A stretch of 64,000 bases of DNA from Amoebophrya sp. A120 (Eukaryota; Protista; Dinoflagellata): contig CAJINV010000003.1 in assembly GCA_905178155.1 (NCBI GenBank), forward strand, positions 10,346,339 to 10,410,338, written 5' to 3'. How positions within the stretch are numbered: position 1 is the stretch's first letter; each line of letters opens with the position of its first letter. A program made the translations under genes and the position numbers. Under the pieces are notes generated by a model. The model was not told where the DNA came from, made no database searches, and saw only the letters and a program-made list of their open reading frames with translations. Below, one piece after another: positions 57,935 to 64,000 of this stretch.

Positions 57935-60900
57935 ATGAACGACGCGCAAATGAACCGTCCCTCCGAAGGTGAAGTAGGTGAGATTGTAGACGGCGCGGAA
58001 GGACAGCCATCGCTCTTCCGCCCACCACCGGGGTTCGGTGAGGCAGAATGGGTGGCAGAATGCATCATGGAAAGTATTTGGGGGGAGGTGAAAGTGCTAG
58101 CGCATGACCGCGGAATAAAAGCTAAGCGCTTCGGATTTGCCGCACAGGCCGCGTCAAAAATCATGCTCTCCGACCTGAGCATTTGCTTCTCCTACATAGA
58201 ACCCACGGTACGATTTCATACCAGTAAGAGTGCTTTAGCTTTACCTTTAGCTGGCGTGGCAGCGCTAATATCGTGTGATGTGCTCCTACAGCTACCAGCC
58301 ACTGCGGACTAAGGACTGATAGTCTGTATGTTTCGCGTTCTTGTGACGCCACTCGCAGATAATCATAGTCATCTAAATCAAGATAATCATAATCATCTAA
58401 ATCAAGATAATCATAATAAATCTATCATTTCTCAGCCGCCCGTTAGCGGGGAAGGTTGGGATTGCGAGCCACAAGTACCTTTGCCCGTGATAGATAACTG
58501 GGCTCCGCAGGCAATTCGGGTGCTACCAAAGAAATCCGGCATCGCTGTCTCAACAGCAACGGGCGTTAGCGGCAAGGTAATGCTATCGACTATAGCTATA
58601 CTTAAGTACACTAATTTCTTGGGACCGTAATTCCAATTCTAATTGATTCTGTGCTACTCCCTATGTATGAGTATGACCACAATGTTCATGTAGGAGTAAG
58701 AAGAGCGCTCGCGCGTTCCCTCTCGATCTGTGTGTATGCGAAGCAGTGATATCGTTGTAATCGCTTTGCATACACAAGGAGAGTTGCTACTAGGCCCTGG
58801 TTGGTGAGACGCTTCTGACAAAACGAAAACAGAGACGAAATAGAGGAAAAAATAGAAGAATATTGCAGTTGCTGTCGTCATCATCAAATGCATAAAAATA
58901 AGAGGAAAAAGACCTAACACAACAGCTGGCACAACACAAAGCAGCTGCGCAGCGACGCGTCGCTGCGAAAGCTGGTGGACCTGGAGGCGACGCGACCGAG
59001 GAAAAGCCTCGTCATGTACGGCTGGAGGAAAATGTAAGCTGAGCTACAACATATCCACGAAAGATAGCAATATGATGAAACTGCAGGAACTCCTTCATTT
59101 AAATTTCGCGCTTCAAATATCTTAGGGGTGCTGTTCTCGAGTGGTGGAATTTCCAGAATTTGTTGTTCGTGCCCGGCTCTCAATGCAATCCGGTGCAGAT
59201 GACAACTTGTCTTCAGAAAATTGTGGCAGTTCTAGAGCAGTTTCTATTTTCGTTTTTGTTTTTCCGTATTTTTTGGGTCCAGAAAAAAAAAATAAAATAT
59301 CACGCAAGGAGAAAAGTCAAAGCTGTTAAGGAGAAAAGTCCTGCCAAGGAGAAAAGTCCAGCCAAAAGAAAAAAGTCCGAGCGTGCAACAGCTCGCGCGG
59401 TGTGGGGACTGGTCCCGCTCTTTTTCGTGAGAAGTGGCATCGGAGAAAGTCACCGTGACAAATTTCGCCCCTAGCGTTCAAACTTTCTGTAGCGTGTCCC
59501 AACCTCCGCACTTGTTAGTCGGGATGATTATGTTGGGGGCGCACGAAGTAGGGCAGTTTTTGCGCCCCCGCACCAGTGCAAGGGTTTCCAACCAGGTATG
59601 AAAGTAATGGCGCACGGGTGCGCGTTTCGTCGATTTCTTGCGACGATACTTTTCAGGCCGCAGGATGTTTGGATCTATTTTCACCAAGAATCTGCGCGAT
59701 TCATCGGCCCCCTTCTCAATTCCGAGAAGGGGGCGGATGGCGGATTCTGGCTGACGTTGCTCCCGGTCCCGCATCCCGAAGTCAAGGGGCTGGCTATCGG
59801 AAGCTTTGCTCGGAATGAAGATAGGCCTGGTGGTGGGTTTTGCGTTGTGTTTGGTTTTGCGCTTTTGCACCGACGCGGGCGGCGATGCCTCGTTGAAGTA
59901 AGAAAGGCGCAAACCCAGACCCGGCGCCCGCAAAAAGCGGAAGCCAGGGAGGGCCGCGAAAAAAATCTCCGCGCGCGCTGCGCGCGCGGAGAGAAGTTCT
60001 TGCAGCCGAGCCGCAGGCCGTGCGGGCTTCGAAATGAGCGAAGGGGGTTCGGCAAACTCAACTCCCCGAATTTGCCACGCGCGCAGCGCCTTCCTTGTGG
60101 GGTAACTTCTTCTCCGTGCGGCGCACGCGCGGCCCGGCCCCTCCCATTCATATGGAACGCCTAAAATTTTTCTCGCGCGCTGCGCGCGCTGGCTGCCCGT
60201 CCCCTCTTTGTTTCTCTTGGCCCGTTTTTTGCTCACGCGGGGGCCTCCTTGCTGCAGGGGACGACAAAAAAGTTGTCGCGCGCAACGCACACAGCCTTGG
60301 GCTTCCTTCTTTGGGGGGCAAGCCCGTGCAGAATCCGCTTTGCGCAAGCGGCCTTTGATGTCCGTGCTTGTGTGGTTGGAGGGCGCCTGGTATTTTTTCC
60401 GCGTACCAGGCACGCAGCCTAGCCTCGTCGCCTTGGGGGGGGGAGGGTCTGAAAGATCTCTTTCGCACACCGTGCACGCGGAAGCGCACCGAGCTGGCGC
60501 AATTTCCCCGGTGCGTCTATTTTCTCTGCGTGTGGGGGGAGCCTGCTCTGATTTGCTGCTAGCCCGGCGGAGATGGGGCAGCATGGCGTGCGCGCGGTGG
60601 TGCTGACTCTGCTTGCGCGGCACGGCAAAGGCGACGCGCGCGCGGCCCGGAATTTTCTCCGGACCCGCGGCCCTGTTCCCAAAACCGCAAAAAAAAACTT
60701 CTTCGCGCGCTGCCGCGCGCGCGTGCGAATTCCATTGGCCCGCTTGCCTGCGCCGCCGGCGAAGGCCACAAGCCGTACGCCCCCCCTGCTGTCCTAGGCC
60801 GTGTGGGCGTTGCTGAGCGATTTCGTTGTGGGGCCTTTGCCGGGCTGCAGCGCGTGGCACATGGGGTACCGGCTACCCGAGGGAGGCGCCGTGTGTTGCC

Positions 60901-63682
60901 CTAGGGTGGTACTGGGGGCGTGCCGCGAGTCCTTGGCGCGGCGCTTTTTTTTCGCTTTCTTACTGTCTTTTTTCCCGCAGTGCTGTGTTTAGCATAGTGT
61001 ATTCTGGCTAAGGATACCCTGGGAACAGCTCACGCGGTGCCAACATAAGTCCCAGGCTGGCTGTGGAGGTGTTTTTGGTCTCGCGCAGAGAATGGCTTGG
61101 TGCAGGACGCTGGGCGTTTTTCCCGTCGCGCAGTGTTTAGCATAGGGTATTCTGGCTACCCTGGGCGCGGCTTGCCCAGGATAGGTGCGGGTCTGTAGGT
61201 CGATTTTTGCCTCTGAATGTAGCGGGAGGTCGCTGAGTGTAGCGTAGGGAGAGGCCCCGTAGCAGGGGCCTGTGCCCGGAGACCGTTTTTTTTGTGCCCT
61301 GAACGCATTCGCCCCTCGTTTTCTCTTTAAGAAGTCCGTTTTCCCATCATCTTCTTCACGATGTCGGGGCTTCTCGAGATTTCCTTCAGAAGGGGACATT
61401 TGGGAAATCCTTTCTCCTGGGCTTTTCGCATGATTTCCTTTGGGAAATCCCTTCTCCTGGGCTTTCCGCATGATTTCCTTTGGGAAATCCCTTCTCCTGG
61501 GCTTTCCGCGTGATTTCCTTTGGGAAATCCCTTCTCCTGGGTTTTCCGCGTGATTTCCTTTGGGAAATGCCTTCTCCTGGGCTTTCCGCATAATTTCTTT
61601 TAGGAAATCGCTCGCCCCTGGGCTTTCCGCGTTATAGGAAATCTCTTCCTTAGGAGCCGGCCGCTGATCTCCGCGTCAACACGTACTGGAAGCAAGCTCC
61701 TTCTGATCTCCACTGCGAAACAGAGCGGAGACGAGCTCGGTGGCTAGGGTCTGGGTGGGATAGGGCCTGTCATAAGTATCGCGGTTTCTCCTTTGATATG
61801 GATCAGAGGGTCCGCGATGTCGGACTTTTCTCCTTTGATATGGATCAGACGACTTTTCTCCTTTGATATGGATCAAAGGAGAAAAGTCCGGACTTTTCTC
61901 CTTGCAAAGGAGAAAAGTCCGCTGGATTGATACCAGAGCGAGCAGCTCCTGGCCCAAGTCCTTCTGTTTTTGCTTCAAATCTTTCCGTTTTAGCATCAAA
62001 TCCTTCTGCTTTGGCATCAAATCCTTCTGCTTTAGCATCAAATCCTTCTGCTTTAGCATCAATTCCTTCTGTTTTAGCATCAATTCCTTCTGTTTTAGCG
62101 TCAATTCCTTCTGTTTTAGCATCAATTCCTTCTGTTTTTGCTTTTTTCTAAATATCACACATGTTGTGATATCAGCAGCGCAATCGACTTTTCTCCTTTG
62201 GTCCTGTGATATCACGTGATATCACGTGATATCAAAGGAGAAAAGTCTTTTTTCAAAGTTTAAAGACCCTGAGATATTTGGGTCCTCCGCGTTAGCTACT
62301 GTTCGCCATACAACCTGCACGTCGCCTTATGTTAGCCTACTTACTTTTACTTACCAGCGTTGTCGCTTGGCAAATCAGGTCGAAGCTGATCCAGAAGAGG
62401 CACACTACCGTAACGCTAAGGAAGTGCTGGAAGAGCAACGGCGCTTGGACGGAAGCAGATGGAAATGCTTCAGCGCTCACGGGGTGGCTTCTTCGAATCC
62501 ACTTGCGCAGCACCAGCCCTGTGTGTCCGCAGGAAACCCCCGCGGCTGAAAAACAGCAATAGGCGGAGCCCAGGTGCCGCCCAGTGCCAATCTTTGCCAC
62601 CTGCCTCCGGGGGCCGGCAAAGGGTTACCGCTTTCAGGGACTTCGAAAAACAGAACACGAAGGGGGCCCATGTTCATCCCTCGCACAAAATAAAACGAGC
62701 CTGCTTCTTGGCAGCTGTTTTTCGTTCACTTACGAATCGTCAGGATTCTTTTTGGCGGCTATTTTTTCACATGTGAAAAAACGGGAGCTGTTCCTGGCGG
62801 CCATTCTTTCACACGTGAAAGAATGAAACTCGTTCCTGGCGCCCATTCTTTTTCATGTGAAAGAATGCAGCTTGTTCCTGGCACCCATTCTTTCGCATGT
62901 GAAAAAATGAAGTTTGTACCGGGCCCCCATTCTTTCACATGTGAAAAAATGAAACTTGTTCCTGGAGGCGCCCATTCTTTCACTGTGAACGAACGCGCTC
63001 TCTTTCTGGCGGCTATTTTTTCACTCATGTGTGGAATAAAAGTCGGAGTAATTATGCGCTTGCTTTCTGGAAACCAGAGCCATGCGCAGTGAGCAGTTAA
63101 AGCTTCTTCCCGGCGCCCGTCAATAACGGGCGCCGGGAACAGGTTCGTTTTTTTATTTTTTCTGTCGCCGATTTTTCCACATGTGAAGAAATGAAAACTC
63201 TTTCGAAGGCTCATGCGAAGACATACAGCCTCTTTCTGACGCGGTTAATTGACTACATTCGAGCGGGCGGCTCTTCTAGTTATTCCGAGTGTGTGGCCCG
63301 ATCCTAGCCTGCGCCGACTATGAGACGCCGCAGCTGTCGCGGCTGCGAAGGTGTCTCATCGTCATAAATCTTGGGCACGAAAATCGTGCCGCATTATAAT
63401 TTCACCTCTTTCAATTTCATCCCCCCCAGGTAGCAATAGACCCACTTTCCTTCCAAAAATCAGGTCGAAGCTGATCCAGAAGAGGCACACTATCGGAACG
63501 CTAAGGAAGTGGAAGAGCAACGGCGCTTGGACGCGGTTGCGGCAAAAGAAGCCAGAAGAAAACAAATCGAAGCAGCGGCAGCCAATGTGGAAGCCCAGGT
63601 CGCAACAACCGGCCATTTTACCTTCGATACCGAGGGCAAGATTCTGCTTGTCGAGCTGCCAAAAGTCGAGAAGTTGCCCCAA
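57935..63682 (+). CDS. Conserved hypothetical protein, C2orf81-like (3' end beyond the window)
   Basis: GT-AG exons 57935-58207, 58436-58576, 58926-59033, 63464-63682 join in frame. WDCEPQVPLPVIDNWAPQAIRV resembles the EP....D.WA..V.V motif recalled for C2orf81-like proteins; HFTFDTEGKILLV follows later. Family assignment is from memory only. Confidence 0.65.
58357..58424 (+). repeat. 24-bp tandem repeat (about 2.7 copies) in an intron
   Basis: GATAATCATARTCATCTAAATCAA repeated. Confidence 0.85.
61399..61640 (+). repeat. 40-bp tandem repeat (about 5-6 copies) with internal palindrome
   Basis: TGATTTCCTTTGGGAAATCCCTTCTCCTGGGCTTTCCGCR, head to tail with no spacers. Confidence 0.9.
61958..62140 (+). 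repeat. 21-bp tandem repeat (about 8 copies)
   Basis: TTCTGYTTTAGCATCAAWTCC; reads (LKQKELM)n on the minus strand. Confidence 0.9.
62372..62451 (+). other. Duplicated acceptor plus first ~24 codons of the exon at 63464
   Basis: AAATCAG|GTCGAAGCTGATCCAGAAGAGGCACACTA..AACGCTAAGGAAGTG..GAAGAGCAACGGCGCTTGGACG is near-identical to 63457-63533. Confidence 0.9.
62755..63035 (+). repeat. ~40-bp tandem repeat with palindromic TTCACATGTGAA core (about 6-7 copies)
   Basis: CCATTCTTTCACATGTGAAARAATGAA.CTTGTTCCTGGC units; one more core at ~63175-63195. Confidence 0.85.
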
Positions 63683-63760
63683 GTTAGTACGCAGGCACTG
63701 TAAAAAATACTAAAGTAATTTGGTTGAAGATATTTGATATGTTAATGTTTCGGTTTCTTT

Positions 63761-64000
63761 TATAACTCCTATTGCTGAGCTGCGCAAGTTAAAATTTTGC
63801 GACGGGAAAGAAAACCGCCCACGTCGAAATTTTTTTTGTAATTTCCAAACTTTCACAAGCTTCTGGGAGTTCGCCCATCGCCCAATGTCCATCGCCCAGT
63901 CGCCCACTGTCCGCCGTCCAATGTCCATCGCGCAATGCCCATCGCACAACTCCCATCGCCCAAACGGGAAACGTACGGCCAACGGGAAACGGCCAACGGG
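63761..64000. mobile_element. Left arm of the element family seen at 53000-53941, inserted in an intron
   Basis: Begins TATAACTCCTATTGCTGAGC, the exact reverse complement of 53922-53941, followed by CCCATCGCCC repeats. Confidence 0.8.

Larger units (their letters stand above)
59114..62280. mobile_element. ~3.2-kb intronic TIR element with AAGGAGAAAAGTC subterminal repeats
   Basis: Ends CAAATATCTTAGGG / CCCTGAGATATTTG. Motif AAGGAGAAAAGTC occurs at 59305-59380 and in both orientations at 61820-61920 and 62185-62250. Confidence 0.65.

Noticed and set aside
59478-60860. 460-aa minus-strand ORF as a candidate transposase
   Set aside because: Arg/Ala/Pro-rich translation of GC-rich repeat DNA, with no DDE, HTH or zinc-finger pattern visible.
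61399-63035. Palindromic ~40-bp repeats resembling CRISPR repeats
   Set aside because: Units are head to tail without unique spacers, there are no cas genes, and the context is a eukaryotic intron.

Overview
Eukaryotic nuclear DNA from an intron-rich protist. The organism is inferred, not proven, to be a syndinian dinoflagellate such as Amoebophrya, from the co-oriented genes and the non-canonical introns with inverted and direct repeats. All recognisable genes are on the + strand: a TFIP11/Ntr1-like G-patch spliceosome-disassembly factor (3574-11347), an exostosin/GT47-like glycosyltransferase (from ~15579, 3' end unresolved), clathrin light chain (26923-36399), a WW-domain protein (37645-40822), a kinesin (41773-~57649) and a C2orf81-like gene (57935, running off the window). 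The main signal is that many introns are not GT-AG. They are TIR elements that begin TAY, end RTA (usually TAT...ATA) and sit between 5-bp direct repeats. Removing the element plus one repeat copy restores the reading frame and often a conserved motif. The same element families also occur nested inside other introns, up to three levels deep. Several clues point to one splice register (4 nt of repeat + TAY...RTA + 1 nt of repeat), and some GT-AG introns keep the same geometry, suggesting conversion of transposon-introns into canonical introns. I recognised no transposase, rRNA, tRNA or CRISPR array. There are two assembly gaps. All gene models were built by eye and need RNA evidence.
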